Shown here: one piece after another, positions 9,735 to 19,913 of the stretch
How the letters are laid out: each line of letters starts with the position of its first letter
Position numbering within the stretch: position 1 is the first letter of the stretch
Assembly: GCA_024641785.1 (NCBI GenBank)
Contig: JAHECK010000004.1
Location: forward strand, 1 to 55,990
Length of the DNA: 55,990 nucleotides
Direction: 5' to 3'
Origin: Flavobacteriales bacterium
GTDB taxonomy: Bacteria; Bacteroidota; Bacteroidia; Flavobacteriales_D; JAHECK01
Notes under the pieces: model-generated
The model's input: only the letters and a program-made list of their open reading frames with translations
What the model was told of the DNA's origin: nothing
Database searches by the model: none
Made by a program: the position numbers and the translations under genes

Positions 9735-10292
9735 CTAAGTCTCTATTATTCTTTCTTTTACTTTTTGTGCCGGATTTCCCTGATAAATCATATAGGCCTC
9801 AAGGTCTTTAGTAGCAACAGAATTTACGCTAAGCACTGAATGACTAAAACAATTTGTACCCGGTGTAACAATTGCTTTTGCACCGATCCAAACACCTTCT
9901 TCGAGAACGATCTCTCCAACCATAAGATCAAAAGTGCTCAATTTATAATTATGGTTTCCGGTAAGTAAAAATGCCCCTTGAGAGATGCAAACATTATCTC
10001 CTATCGAAACAAAAGCAAGATTATCGATCCAAACCTTTTCACCAATCCAACAATGATCTCCAATTTTTATATTCCATGGATATTTAATATTTACACTAGG
10101 CTTGATCACGACGCCTTTTCCAATTTTTCCTCCAAATGACCTCAACAAAATTATTTTTAGTCCGTTAAAGGGAAATAAACCCGACTGAAAAAATAGTAGA
10201 TTAGTAAAATACCACAGGCCGATCTTAATACCCGATGCTCCTGGTTTATACCAGGAATTAGAATACTTTGAAAGTCGAGTTGTTATTTTCAT
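9735..10292 (-). CDS. WcaF-like hexapeptide-repeat acetyltransferase
   Basis: Left-handed beta-helix repeats (IGKGVVI, IGDHCWIG, IGDNVCISQGA, LEEGVWIGA), VNIKYPW, TGNHNY and GNPA. Confidence 0.92.
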   Translation of the reverse strand: MKITTRLSKYSNSWYKPGASGIKIGLWYFTNLLFFQSGLFPFNGLKIILLRSFGGKIGKGVVIKPSVNIKYPWNIKIGDHCWIGEKVWIDNLAFVSIGDNVCISQGAFLLTGNHNYKLSTFDLMVGEIVLEEGVWIGAKAIVTPGTNCFSHSVLSVNSVATKDLEAYMIYQGNPAQKVKERIIET

Positions 10293-11437
10293 GAGAACAA
10301 TTTACGATAAGCTATTTTAATATCAGTTCTGTGGATATGCTCATAGGCGTATAATGAAGCCCTTTCGCTCATTTGAAGGTATTCATTTTCATCCATATCG
10401 ATACATTCTTTAAAAACAGAAATAAATAGTTCGGGTTTATCTAGCGGAAGATCCCATCCGATCTGTTCTTTTTCCAGATTTCTCCATGGAGTGCGCTGAC
10501 TGATAATTATAGGACAAGCATAACTCAAAGCTTCTATGATGGCATGTCCATAGTTTTCATGTCGTGTAGGTAAACAGAAAAAATGAGCTTTTGCGAAAAT
10601 GATCGCTAATTCAGAAGGAGGAATCGCAGATTCAATTCTAATATTCGGACTTTTATCGATCATTAACTTCAATTCACTATAATATTCCTGATCCTCGATC
10701 GTCCCAATAATATCGAGTTGAAAATTGCTTCTTTCAGTTGCCACGTATAAAAACCATTCAATAAGCTTTTCTACATTCTTTTTTCTGGAAATTCTACTCA
10801 CAAATAAAAAGCGCTTCCTCTCAAAATCCATGGTTTTGAATTCTAAAATTTCCTGAAAAGAGAACTGCGGAGCGGATGCTATATTATCTGCAATAACGAC
10901 CTCATGCTTTGAACTGAAATTATTTTCGATTTCTGATTTTTCCTTTTCATTGGTTGCATGCCAAACAATGCCTCTGTATAATTTTATCAATCTGGCAAGA
11001 CCAATAAAGACTTCTTTTTTCTTCTTTTTTATTTCAAGCGCTCCTCTTCCCAACATCCCTCTTGGTGCCAAAATAAATTTGATCTTTGGAAATCGCTTAT
11101 TTAACCATAAAGGTAAAAGGGTGAAATTGAAAGAGAATAAACTGTTTAAATAAATAAACTGTGGGTCTATTTCAAGAATTAATTCTTTGAAATTTTTTAA
11201 TTTATGGTTCTCCGGAGTGAGGTAGATCACCTTTGCCTTATCTACTTGACACCATTCATTAAGCTCCAGATTTGGTAGGGCTTTATCATCTCCCAGATCG
11301 CGATCACCGGTAATGATATAGAAATCATATTCATCAGCGAGCCGCTCAACCAAATTCATTACTGATCGAATGGGCCCGCCAGCCTTAAAAGCCGGAATAT
11401 ACCAATCGACAAATACTAATATTTTCTTTTTACTCAA
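10289..11437 (-). CDS. glycosyltransferase family 4
   Basis: AGGPIRSV, APRGML, SRISRKKN and the E-x7-E motif ENYGHAIIEAL. Confidence 0.92.
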   Translation of the reverse strand: MSKKKILVFVDWYIPAFKAGGPIRSVMNLVERLADEYDFYIITGDRDLGDDKALPNLELNEWCQVDKAKVIYLTPENHKLKNFKELILEIDPQFIYLNSLFSFNFTLLPLWLNKRFPKIKFILAPRGMLGRGALEIKKKKKEVFIGLARLIKLYRGIVWHATNEKEKSEIENNFSSKHEVVIADNIASAPQFSFQEILEFKTMDFERKRFLFVSRISRKKNVEKLIEWFLYVATERSNFQLDIIGTIEDQEYYSELKLMIDKSPNIRIESAIPPSELAIIFAKAHFFCLPTRHENYGHAIIEALSYACPIIISQRTPWRNLEKEQIGWDLPLDKPELFISVFKECIDMDENEYLQMSERASLYAYEHIHRTDIKIAYRKLFS

Positions 11438-13304
11438 TACCGTTTTTTTCTAACCAGTTTCCTAATACTACCATCGGCCATATCCTACTCCAGGATACCC
11501 GCGGATCACCATTTAAAAATTGTGACCAAATTTTATCTATTGCTTGCGGATTAAATTCAGATCTATTCTTTAATTTATTTAAACCAACAACTACAAAATC
11601 ATTAAGTTCATTTTTTAACCATTGTTCCCAAGGAAAAACAAAACCCATTTTCTTTCTATTCACTATTTCACTCGGAAGCAGATCCGAAAAACTATCTACT
11701 AATAATTGTTTTGGAGTAGAGGGATATTTTATTTCATCTCTCAAACCCATAACAAATTCGATCAACTTATGATCGAGAAAAGGCACCCGAACCTCTAACG
11801 AATGAGCCATGCTCATTTGGTCTGCATCTCTTAATAATACATTCTGCATATAGGTATTCATTTCTGCCCATGAAACCCTGCTTAAAGGTGATAATACATA
11901 GCCTTCACTATCATAGCCCACATTGTTATGAACTATTTCGAATACACTTTTCGAAGGTAGTGATGTTTTATTAAGTAATCCCTCTACTTGGTCGTCGAGT
12001 AAAACTTGTCTGTCGAATTGATAGATGTTTTCTAAATCAAATAATTCTTGATTTATTATTCTAGCAATTTTTTCAGAAGCCACTCCCGGACGGACTTTTT
12101 TTAACATTGAAGCGACAAGTCTTCTTAACCCAAAAGGAAATGACAAGATCCATTTTTGATCCATTAATTGAACATACCTTTTAAAAATAGGGTATCCTCC
12201 AAATAATTCATCTCCTCCCAATCCCGAAAGCGCCATCGTTATTCCTGATTCCCTCGTTACTTTTGATACCAACCAAGTATTAAATCCATCACCACTTGGA
12301 TGATCCATGTCGTCCATTGCATCCGGGATTATAGAAAGAAAATCATTTGGCTTAAGCTTTATTTCGTTATGATCGGTCTTAAATTTTTTACTTATGACCT
12401 GAGCATATTTTGCCTCCGAAAATTCCGACTCATCAAAACTGATGTTAAAGGTTCGAACAGGATTATCTAATATTCCACTCATTACCCCTACTACTAAACT
12501 GGAATCGATCCCACCGGATAAAAAGGCACCAAAAGGCACATCTGCGATCAGTCTCTTCTCAACAGCCTCAGTAAATAAGGTTCTTACTTTCTTTTGAGCT
12601 TGCTCCTTTGTTTGATACTGACCCAACTTATCATAATTACTCCGTATATCCCAGTATGGAAGCATTTGAGTTTCATCATCACTTATCTTCAAATAAAAAC
12701 CCGGCATTAATTGATTTACTCCTTCAATTATTGTTTTAGGAGCATGAACCGTTTGATAGCGTAAATAATCTACCAAAGAATCTGAATCCAACTTCGCTTT
12801 AAATAGTTTGGAATGAATAATTGGTCTTATCTCAGATGAAAAAAGTAAAAGATCGTCTTTCTGATAATAATAGATGGTTTTTATCCCTAATCGGTCTCTC
12901 CCTAAGATCAATTCTCTTTTTTGTTTATCCCAAATTGCAAAAGCAAATTGTCCTTCCAACTTATTGATCGCTTCTTCTCCATATTTATGGTAAGCTGCTA
13001 GGATCACTTCCGAATCTCCACTTGTTTTAAAAGGGTAATCTGCTAATTCGGCTTTTAATTCTCTGTAATTAAAGATCTCACCATTAAAAACCAATACAAA
13101 TCGATCAAACGCACAGGTCATGGGTTGATTTGATGCGTCAGAAAGATCGATGATCTTAAGTCGGGTATGACCTAATACAATGTCTTCATCCTCATAAATA
13201 CCATCCGCATCCGGACCCCGATGCTTTAATTTATGATTCATAGTACTTATGATATTCCTTCGATCAATTTTATCTCTGGAATAGATGCCATTAATTCCGC
13301 ACAT
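11430..13304 (-). CDS. asnB: asparagine synthase (glutamine-hydrolysing) family amidotransferase
   Basis: N-terminal MCGI (class II GATase Cys), HRGPD, FNGEIFN, LSGGIDSS, SGLGGDELFGGY, EVRVPFLD and RKKMGF. Confidence 0.95.
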   Translation of the reverse strand: MCGINGIYSRDKIDRRNIISTMNHKLKHRGPDADGIYEDEDIVLGHTRLKIIDLSDASNQPMTCAFDRFVLVFNGEIFNYRELKAELADYPFKTSGDSEVILAAYHKYGEEAINKLEGQFAFAIWDKQKRELILGRDRLGIKTIYYYQKDDLLLFSSEIRPIIHSKLFKAKLDSDSLVDYLRYQTVHAPKTIIEGVNQLMPGFYLKISDDETQMLPYWDIRSNYDKLGQYQTKEQAQKKVRTLFTEAVEKRLIADVPFGAFLSGGIDSSLVVGVMSGILDNPVRTFNISFDESEFSEAKYAQVISKKFKTDHNEIKLKPNDFLSIIPDAMDDMDHPSGDGFNTWLVSKVTRESGITMALSGLGGDELFGGYPIFKRYVQLMDQKWILSFPFGLRRLVASMLKKVRPGVASEKIARIINQELFDLENIYQFDRQVLLDDQVEGLLNKTSLPSKSVFEIVHNNVGYDSEGYVLSPLSRVSWAEMNTYMQNVLLRDADQMSMAHSLEVRVPFLDHKLIEFVMGLRDEIKYPSTPKQLLVDSFSDLLPSEIVNRKKMGFVFPWEQWLKNELNDFVVVGLNKLKNRSEFNPQAIDKIWSQFLNGDPRVSWSRIWPMVVLGNWLEKNGIE

Positions 13305-13324
13305 AGCCGTTTTTTAAAATCGCA

Positions 13325-13332
13325 CAAAGGTA
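13325..13332 (-). promoter_or_regulatory. Bacteroidota primary-sigma -7 element for the asnB cassette
   Basis: TACCTTTG on the minus strand matches TAnnTTTG, 20 nt upstream of the asnB ATG. Confidence 0.65.
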
Positions 13333-13478
13333 CATATTCATGCTTATAAAATAGCCGAATAAGAAATTTCATATGGGATAAAATAAATTGGACATCCGCC
13401 TTTTCACGTAGATAGAATCCTCATTTCACCCTATGGATTTTCTTTTTTGGATTCTCCAACTTTATAAAAAAAATCTTA

Positions 13479-14279
13479 ATGAAATTCTTTTTTATTATCG
13501 CTTTACTATTTCTTCATCATAATGTTAATTCCCAATTGCTTGGTGCGCGCAACCTTGCATTGGGGAATTCATTTTTAACACAAGAGGATCTATTATCCTC
13601 TCAGGCAAATATTTCAAAACTTGCTTCTATAAGCGGATTTTCAACAGCAATCTCCTCCTCTAATCAATTTATGCTAAAAGAATTACAACAATCCTTAATG
13701 GCTATTGGATTTCCATTATTAAGAGGAGGTCTCACCCTGACCATGGGACATTATGGATTTAGTTTATACAATGAAATTCAATTTTCTATCGCCTATTCTA
13801 TCTCTTTAAATCCGACTTTCTCATTGGGAATAAATATAAATTATCACAAACTAAGTATTGCTGATGATCTAAAATACAATGCTTCGATCTATCCCAATAT
13901 TGGATGCAATTATAAATTTAATGAAGCACTGCAAATAAGCGTGCTACTCACAAACCTCACTTTATCAAAGGTAAATACTTATGGAAATTCAACCATTCCA
14001 ATTACTTTCCAGGGAGGCTTGCTTTATAAATTAAATTCAAAGGTGAACATGTATTTAGAAAGCGCCTTAGACTTGGAATATACCATCCAATTTCGATATG
14101 GAATTGAATATACCATATTGAAAAACCTTAACATAAGAACCGGAATTTCTACTAATCCCGGATCCTTTTCAATGGGCTTGGGATATGCTCTCAAAAACAT
14201 AATTATAGATGCATCTTCTAGTTATCAAGCCACATTAGGTTTTAGCCCTGCTATTTCCATTCGCTATGAAGCTAAATAG
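13479..14279 (+). CDS. putative outer-membrane beta-barrel protein, FadL/PorV-like N-terminus
   Basis: Signal peptide. GARNLALG...D...N pattern resembles the FadL/PorV hatch motif. Amphipathic strands with aromatic girdles (FRYGIEY, IRTG, FSMGLGY). Confidence 0.55.
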   Translation: MKFFFIIALLFLHHNVNSQLLGARNLALGNSFLTQEDLLSSQANISKLASISGFSTAISSSNQFMLKELQQSLMAIGFPLLRGGLTLTMGHYGFSLYNEIQFSIAYSISLNPTFSLGININYHKLSIADDLKYNASIYPNIGCNYKFNEALQISVLLTNLTLSKVNTYGNSTIPITFQGGLLYKLNSKVNMYLESALDLEYTIQFRYGIEYTILKNLNIRTGISTNPGSFSMGLGYALKNIIIDASSSYQATLGFSPAISIRYEAK

Positions 14280-16299
14280 ATTCATCATCAAAATAATATT
14301 AATCTTAAGCTTTTCGCCTTTGTTAAGTCAGGAAAATGCGATCGATAACTTAATGCAGATAATTGTTGATCAATCGCTTAGCAATGAAGATGAAGAAAAT
14401 TTTCAATTCGATCAGATCCGGGATGAATTAGAAAAGATATACCTCCATCCTATTAATATTAATTCAAAAGAGTTTGAAGTTTTTCTAAGAACAGGAATTA
14501 TAAATAGTAGTCAATACGCTGCAATTGAAGATCACATTTTAAAATATGGGCGAATCATTGCGATCGAAGAATTGGGCCAAATCCAAGAACTTGATAAAGA
14601 ATTCATTCTTCTAATCAAACCCTTTATCCATTTCGAAAATCTGGCTGCCTTACCTGAATTAAAAAACGCAGCACTTTTCAATGATCTTAAAAGTGACCTC
14701 ACTATTCATTATCAGCGAACGCTTCAAAGCAGAGAAGGCTACAAAGGGAAAGATCCATTTTATCAAGGTGATCCTTCAAGAATGATGATTAAATATTCTT
14801 CTCGATTTTATAAAAAATGGCGACTCGGAATAAACCTTGAAAAAGATGCAGGAGAGGCGATGCAGTTTAATTTAAATAAATCAAAATATGGCTTTGATCA
14901 GATTTCCGCTTTTCTAATGTATTCCGGAAGTGGAAAACTCAAAAGCCTTATCGTTGGGGATTATCAAATTGGATTTGGTCAAGGCCTTACTTTTTGGCGG
15001 GGCTTTAGCTTTGGAAAATCTTCAAACACGGTTCCTGTGAGGAAGGTTAATGCCGGAATTAAAGCCCATACTGGACTAGACGAATTTAATTATCTCCGCG
15101 GATTAGCATTTACACTTTCGAATTCTCATTTTACTCTTATCTCTTTTTTTTCTTACCGCAAGCTGGATGCAAATGCGATCGACTCCACCTATAGCGTTTT
15201 CAGTTCGCTTATCGAATCAGGCTACCATCGAAGTTTGTCTGAATTAGACAATGAAGGAAGATTAGGTGAGGTTTTATGGGGAAGTCATTTAAAGTATCGA
15301 AGTCGACTTTTTGATTTTGGAATTTCTTATGCAAATCAAAACCTTAGCGCCAAAATTGCTCCAAATCCGAATTTATATGCCGTAAATTACTTTTCAGGAA
15401 ATACAAATACACTTATTGGAATGGATGCTGATCTTTCATTTAATAATGGTCACGCTTTCTTTGAAATATCCAGAAGTGCAAACAATGCCTATGCATTTCT
15501 AGCCGGTATGGTTATTACGATGGATCCTAAGTTCTCGTTTTCTCTAATCCACCGATCTTATTCTTCCGCTTTCCAAAGCATCTCATCAAATGCCTTTAGC
15601 GAATCAACTTCTATTCAGAATGAGATTGGAACTTATTTAGGAGCAGAATTAAAAATTTCAAGAAAAACAATGCTCAACGCCTATTTTGACATTTTCAAAT
15701 TTCCATGGATCAAAAGCAGAATACCGTTCCCATCCTCTACAGGCTCGGATTTTCTTCTAAGACTTACTCATAAAGTCTCTAAAAAATTAATAAGTAGTCT
15801 TCGATATCGAGTTAAAACAGATCAACAAAAAGCAACAGGTAGTAATTTGGTTCAGTCCAGAATCAGGCATCAAATTAGATTAGAAAATGAACATTCAATA
15901 AATCGAAATATTAAACTAAGATATCGATTTGAATTCCAAAATTTAGATTTTATCAAAGTCCAAAGCGGTTATTTATTTTTCATAGATATGATCTTTCAAT
16001 CACTCGAAAAACCTTATTCTTTTAGTTTCCGCTATGCCTTGTTCAATACCGATAATTACGATTCGCGGATCTATGCCTATGAACGCGATGCCTATTTTAC
16101 TTATTCTGTAAGGCCCTACTTTTATAGAGGACAAAAGATCTACTTCAATTTCAAATATAGAATGAAACGTTATTTTACTTTTTTCTTTAGAATCAGTCAA
16201 GTCACTTATCCCTTTAACTCAACGATCGGGTCTGCAAATGATCTGATAAACGGAAATCGATTAAGTGAATTTACTTTTCAAATAAGGATCCGCTGGTAA
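14266..16299 (+). CDS. ComEA-like helix-hairpin-helix domain fused to a predicted outer-membrane beta-barrel
   Basis: Signal peptide. HhH-like PININS...I.DHILKYGRIIAIEELGQIQEL...IKPFI. Motifs EKDAGE, VGDYQIGFGQGL and DNYDSRIYAYERD. Ends in an alternating strand with terminal Trp (FTFQIRIRW). Overlaps the upstream gene by 14 nt. Confidence 0.75.
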   Translation: MKLNRFIIKIILILSFSPLLSQENAIDNLMQIIVDQSLSNEDEENFQFDQIRDELEKIYLHPININSKEFEVFLRTGIINSSQYAAIEDHILKYGRIIAIEELGQIQELDKEFILLIKPFIHFENLAALPELKNAALFNDLKSDLTIHYQRTLQSREGYKGKDPFYQGDPSRMMIKYSSRFYKKWRLGINLEKDAGEAMQFNLNKSKYGFDQISAFLMYSGSGKLKSLIVGDYQIGFGQGLTFWRGFSFGKSSNTVPVRKVNAGIKAHTGLDEFNYLRGLAFTLSNSHFTLISFFSYRKLDANAIDSTYSVFSSLIESGYHRSLSELDNEGRLGEVLWGSHLKYRSRLFDFGISYANQNLSAKIAPNPNLYAVNYFSGNTNTLIGMDADLSFNNGHAFFEISRSANNAYAFLAGMVITMDPKFSFSLIHRSYSSAFQSISSNAFSESTSIQNEIGTYLGAELKISRKTMLNAYFDIFKFPWIKSRIPFPSSTGSDFLLRLTHKVSKKLISSLRYRVKTDQQKATGSNLVQSRIRHQIRLENEHSINRNIKLRYRFEFQNLDFIKVQSGYLFFIDMIFQSLEKPYSFSFRYALFNTDNYDSRIYAYERDAYFTYSVRPYFYRGQKIYFNFKYRMKRYFTFFFRISQVTYPFNSTIGSANDLINGNRLSEFTFQIRIRW

Positions 16300-17512
16300 G
16301 CGTATCTAAGTCATTCCAAAAAGAAGGATAGGATTTACTCACCACTTCAGGATCTTCAATATCCACATCAATACGTGTTCCTAATAATGCTGCAGCCATT
16401 GCCATTCGGTGATCATTATAGGTAGCTATTTCCGCATTTTTCACTTGAATACTTCCTTTAACAGAAATCGTATCTTCATCTCTTTCAACGTGTAGTCCAA
16501 GCTTTGTCAATTCAGTATACATCGCCTCTATTCTATTGCTTTCCTTATATTTTAGAGTTTCTAAGCCTTTTAGATTAACATCTACTCCTAAGCATACACA
16601 TAAAAAAACCAAGGTCTGTGCTTGATCGGGTATTTCAGAGCAATCGTAAGAGAAATTTGAAGGATTCCTTTTATATTGATCATGATAGATCACGAGATCA
16701 TCATCTTCCCAATAAGATCCAAAAGAAAAATGGCTCATTATTTCAAGAAATTTTTGATCTCCCTGAAAACTTTCTTCTTTCAGCCCTTTTAAAGTCATTT
16801 TGGCATCCAGGATCAGAACCACAAATGCCATCCAATACGCAGCCGAAGACCAATCACCCTCCACTTTATAAGAACTAATCTTAGGATTAGATTCGGGTAT
16901 TTGAATTTCATTTCCTTGCATTTTTACTTCAAAATGCATTTCTTCCATCAAGCCTCTTGTTAGATCGATATAGCTTTGTGAATTCAATTTCCCAAGACGA
17001 TCTATGGTCAATCCATTTTTTAAAAAAGGTGCGATCATCATCAATGCAGAAATAAATTGAGAGGAAGTATTTTGTTCCATTTCAACTTTTCCACCATGCA
17101 TATTTCCTCCTTCTATTTTTATAGGAATTGCCCCTTCTTTTTCCAAATAAGTAATTTTCGCACCTAACTTTCTAAGTGCATCAATCAAAGGACGGATGGG
17201 CCTCTCCTTTAATCGCGGATGCCCGGTGATTACTTTCGTTAGGGGTAAAACAGAGAAGCCTGCACACAGAAATCGCAAAGCTGTACCTGCCATTCCTAAA
17301 TCCACTTCCTGATGATTTGAATTTAAAGCCTCTTGCATCAACAGAACATCATCTGAGTTCCCGATGTTTTCAATTTCAAAAGAATGTTTTGATAATGCCT
17401 GTATGAGAAGCGCTCTGTTTGCTAGGCTTTTTGAGATCTCAAGTTGTATTTTTCCTCTAAAACCTGAAAATAAACTTGGGTGCAAGTTGATCTGCTTTTT
17501 TGACTTCATCAT
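16271..17512 (-). CDS. aroA: 3-phosphoshikimate 1-carboxyvinyltransferase (EPSP synthase)
   Basis: SKSLANRAL, AGTALRF, RPI, SSQFISALMM, KESNRI, DHRMAMA and KSYPSFW. Confidence 0.96.
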   Translation of the reverse strand: MMKSKKQINLHPSLFSGFRGKIQLEISKSLANRALLIQALSKHSFEIENIGNSDDVLLMQEALNSNHQEVDLGMAGTALRFLCAGFSVLPLTKVITGHPRLKERPIRPLIDALRKLGAKITYLEKEGAIPIKIEGGNMHGGKVEMEQNTSSQFISALMMIAPFLKNGLTIDRLGKLNSQSYIDLTRGLMEEMHFEVKMQGNEIQIPESNPKISSYKVEGDWSSAAYWMAFVVLILDAKMTLKGLKEESFQGDQKFLEIMSHFSFGSYWEDDDLVIYHDQYKRNPSNFSYDCSEIPDQAQTLVFLCVCLGVDVNLKGLETLKYKESNRIEAMYTELTKLGLHVERDEDTISVKGSIQVKNAEIATYNDHRMAMAAALLGTRIDVDIEDPEVVSKSYPSFWNDLDTLTSGSLFEK

Positions 17513-18567
17513 TGTGAATATTCTTCCAATCCTGACTTCAGTGCTCTTATAATTTGGTCCTCATTAATTTTAATATCAATTTCAGCACTACCGACCTTTT
17601 TTAGCAATACCATTTTTATACTTTCCCCATCATTCTTTTTATCCTTCAAAACTCTCGACATAATAGCCTTTTGCTCTTTAAAAAGCCATTTTGGAGGAGA
17701 ATAAAGACTGTATAAAAATGAATTGATCTCTTTTCGCGTTTCTTCAGACAATAGGTCCATTTCATGAGATATAGAATTTGCTAAAGCCATTCCGATAGCT
17801 ACAGAATGTCCATGACTTAATGCTTTCCCTTTTTCTATACTCACGGATTCGATCGCATGTCCAATAGTATGACCATAATTTAATTTTTTTCGATCTCCGC
17901 TTTCTCTAAAATCAAGATCAACAATAGAACTTTTAATAGATGCAACAGGCTCAATAAGAACTGAGATCTCATCATGATCATCAGGTGAGATCATCTTCAT
18001 TTTATCCCATAATTCATCATCGTTTATTAAAGCATGTTTTATCATTTCTGCATAACCCGAATGCCACTCCTTATCAGGGAGGCTTTCAAGAAAGGGAATA
18101 TAATTTAATACCACTAGAGGTTTTGTGAAACTTCCAACTAAGTTTTTAATTCCTCCTAAGTTAATTCCCGATTTCCCTCCTAAGGAAGCATCAACCATAG
18201 CTAACAAGGTAGTTGGAATATGAATAAAGTCTATCCCCCGTTTATAATTTACAGCAACCCATGCTCCAAGATCGCAGATCATTCCTCCGCCTAAATTTAT
18301 AAGTAAAGACCTTCGATCTGCATTGAGTTCATTAAGTGCCAGCCATAGTCCGCTTGCTATTTCAATTTCTTTTGATTCTTCTCCCGGATCCACTTCTAAA
18401 ATTTCGACATTCTTTAAGCTGGGAATCGCTTGCAATAAGAGAGGCAGACAATACTGATGCGTATTGCTATCAACTAAAATAAAGACAGAAGACCATTTTG
18501 CATCCTTATTTTCAAAGAATGGAATAAACTTTTTAAAATGATCGCTATAAACTATTTCTGAATTCAC
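17509..18567 (-). CDS. aroB: 3-dehydroquinate synthase
   Basis: GEESK, LGGGMICDLG, PTTLLAMVDASLGGKSGIN, AEMIKH, LNYGHTIGHAIE and DKK. Confidence 0.96.
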   Translation of the reverse strand: MNSEIVYSDHFKKFIPFFENKDAKWSSVFILVDSNTHQYCLPLLLQAIPSLKNVEILEVDPGEESKEIEIASGLWLALNELNADRRSLLINLGGGMICDLGAWVAVNYKRGIDFIHIPTTLLAMVDASLGGKSGINLGGIKNLVGSFTKPLVVLNYIPFLESLPDKEWHSGYAEMIKHALINDDELWDKMKMISPDDHDEISVLIEPVASIKSSIVDLDFRESGDRKKLNYGHTIGHAIESVSIEKGKALSHGHSVAIGMALANSISHEMDLLSEETRKEINSFLYSLYSPPKWLFKEQKAIMSRVLKDKKNDGESIKMVLLKKVGSAEIDIKINEDQIIRALKSGLEEYSQ

Positions 18568-18667
18568 TTTATCTTAAATTGATATTGCTTGAATTTAATA
18601 AGATCTCTTTAACGAAAATAGCCATTTCTTCTGATTAATATCATGGATTAGGAATTGAACTTTCTAG

Positions 18668-18675
18668 TATATTTG
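18668..18675 (+). promoter_or_regulatory. -7 promoter element for proline dehydrogenase
   Basis: TATATTTG, an exact TAnnTTTG, 20 nt upstream of the ATG. Confidence 0.65.
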
Positions 18676-18695
18676 CAGCACTAAATAGTGTAGAA

Positions 18696-19862
18696 ATGGT
18701 TTCTTTTCAAAATACTCAAATAGCCTTTAGATCTAAGTCGAACGCAGATTTAAAACATGCAAGATTATTATTCAAAATGATGGGGAATGGAACCATTGTC
18801 AAGATAGGAGCTTTCGCTTCAAATTTGGCGCTTAAACTTCACTTACCAATCAATACCATCATTAAAAAAACCATTTATCGACAATTTGTAGGTGGTGAGA
18901 ATATTAGCGAATGTGAATCGACGATTAACTTGCTCTATAAATTTAAAATAGGTACCATCCTAGATTATTCACGAGAAGGGCAAAACGAAGAAAAGGAATT
19001 AGATAATACACGTGATGAAATTTTAGCTACGATCGAACGAGCTAAAGGAAATTTAAAGATTCCGTTTTGTGTTTTTAAACCCACAGGAATGGTCCGTTTT
19101 TCTATCATTGAAAAAATGTCTGAACATCCCTTAAGCATGAGTGAAGATGAAAAAGCTGAATATTTCCGCTTTGTAGAACGTGTTGATGTGGTCTGTAAAG
19201 CAGCTTACGAAAGCGGGACTCCATTATTGATCGATGCAGAAGAGACATGGATTCAGGAGCCTGTGGATAATGTGGTAGATGCAATGATGGCTAAATACAA
19301 CAAGGCCGATTTTATTGTTTACAACACATTGCAGATGTACCGTCATGATCGTTTGGAGTTTTTAAAAAAATCTCATGAAAAAGCAAAAAATGGTAATTAT
19401 AAGTTAGGGATGAAATTAGTGAGAGGTGCCTATATGGAAAAAGAACGTGAGAGAGCTGAAAAAATGGGCTATCCTTCTCCAATCTATCCTGATAAAGCTG
19501 CAACTGACAATGGCTATAACCTAGCTCAGGCATATTGCATCGAAAATATAAATGATATTGCCCTTTTATCAGGTACTCATAATGAAGAATCGATGTATCA
19601 ATTGATCGATCTAATGGAAAAACATGATGTTTCAAAAAATGATAAACGTGTTTATTTCGCTCAATTATTAGGGATGAGTGACCACATTAGTTTCAATTTA
19701 GCCAATGATGGCTTCAATGTAACAAAATATGTTCCTTATGGTCCGGTAAAAGAGGTAATGCCATATCTAATGAGAAGAGCCGAAGAAAATACCGCTGTTG
19801 CTGGTCAGACCGGAAGGGAACTTCGTTTAATTGATGATGAAATCAGTAGAAGAGGTATTTAA
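18696..19862 (+). CDS. monofunctional proline dehydrogenase
   Basis: QFVGGE, IDAEE, TLQMYR, KLVRGAYMEKER, GTHNEES, FAQLLGMSD and KYVPYGPV...YLMRRAEEN. Confidence 0.95.
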   Translation: MVSFQNTQIAFRSKSNADLKHARLLFKMMGNGTIVKIGAFASNLALKLHLPINTIIKKTIYRQFVGGENISECESTINLLYKFKIGTILDYSREGQNEEKELDNTRDEILATIERAKGNLKIPFCVFKPTGMVRFSIIEKMSEHPLSMSEDEKAEYFRFVERVDVVCKAAYESGTPLLIDAEETWIQEPVDNVVDAMMAKYNKADFIVYNTLQMYRHDRLEFLKKSHEKAKNGNYKLGMKLVRGAYMEKERERAEKMGYPSPIYPDKAATDNGYNLAQAYCIENINDIALLSGTHNEESMYQLIDLMEKHDVSKNDKRVYFAQLLGMSDHISFNLANDGFNVTKYVPYGPVKEVMPYLMRRAEENTAVAGQTGRELRLIDDEISRRGI

Positions 19863-19913
19863 TTTTTATCACTGCCCTTCTTTTCATAAAAATGCTTTAT
19901 TTTGCTTCATTAT

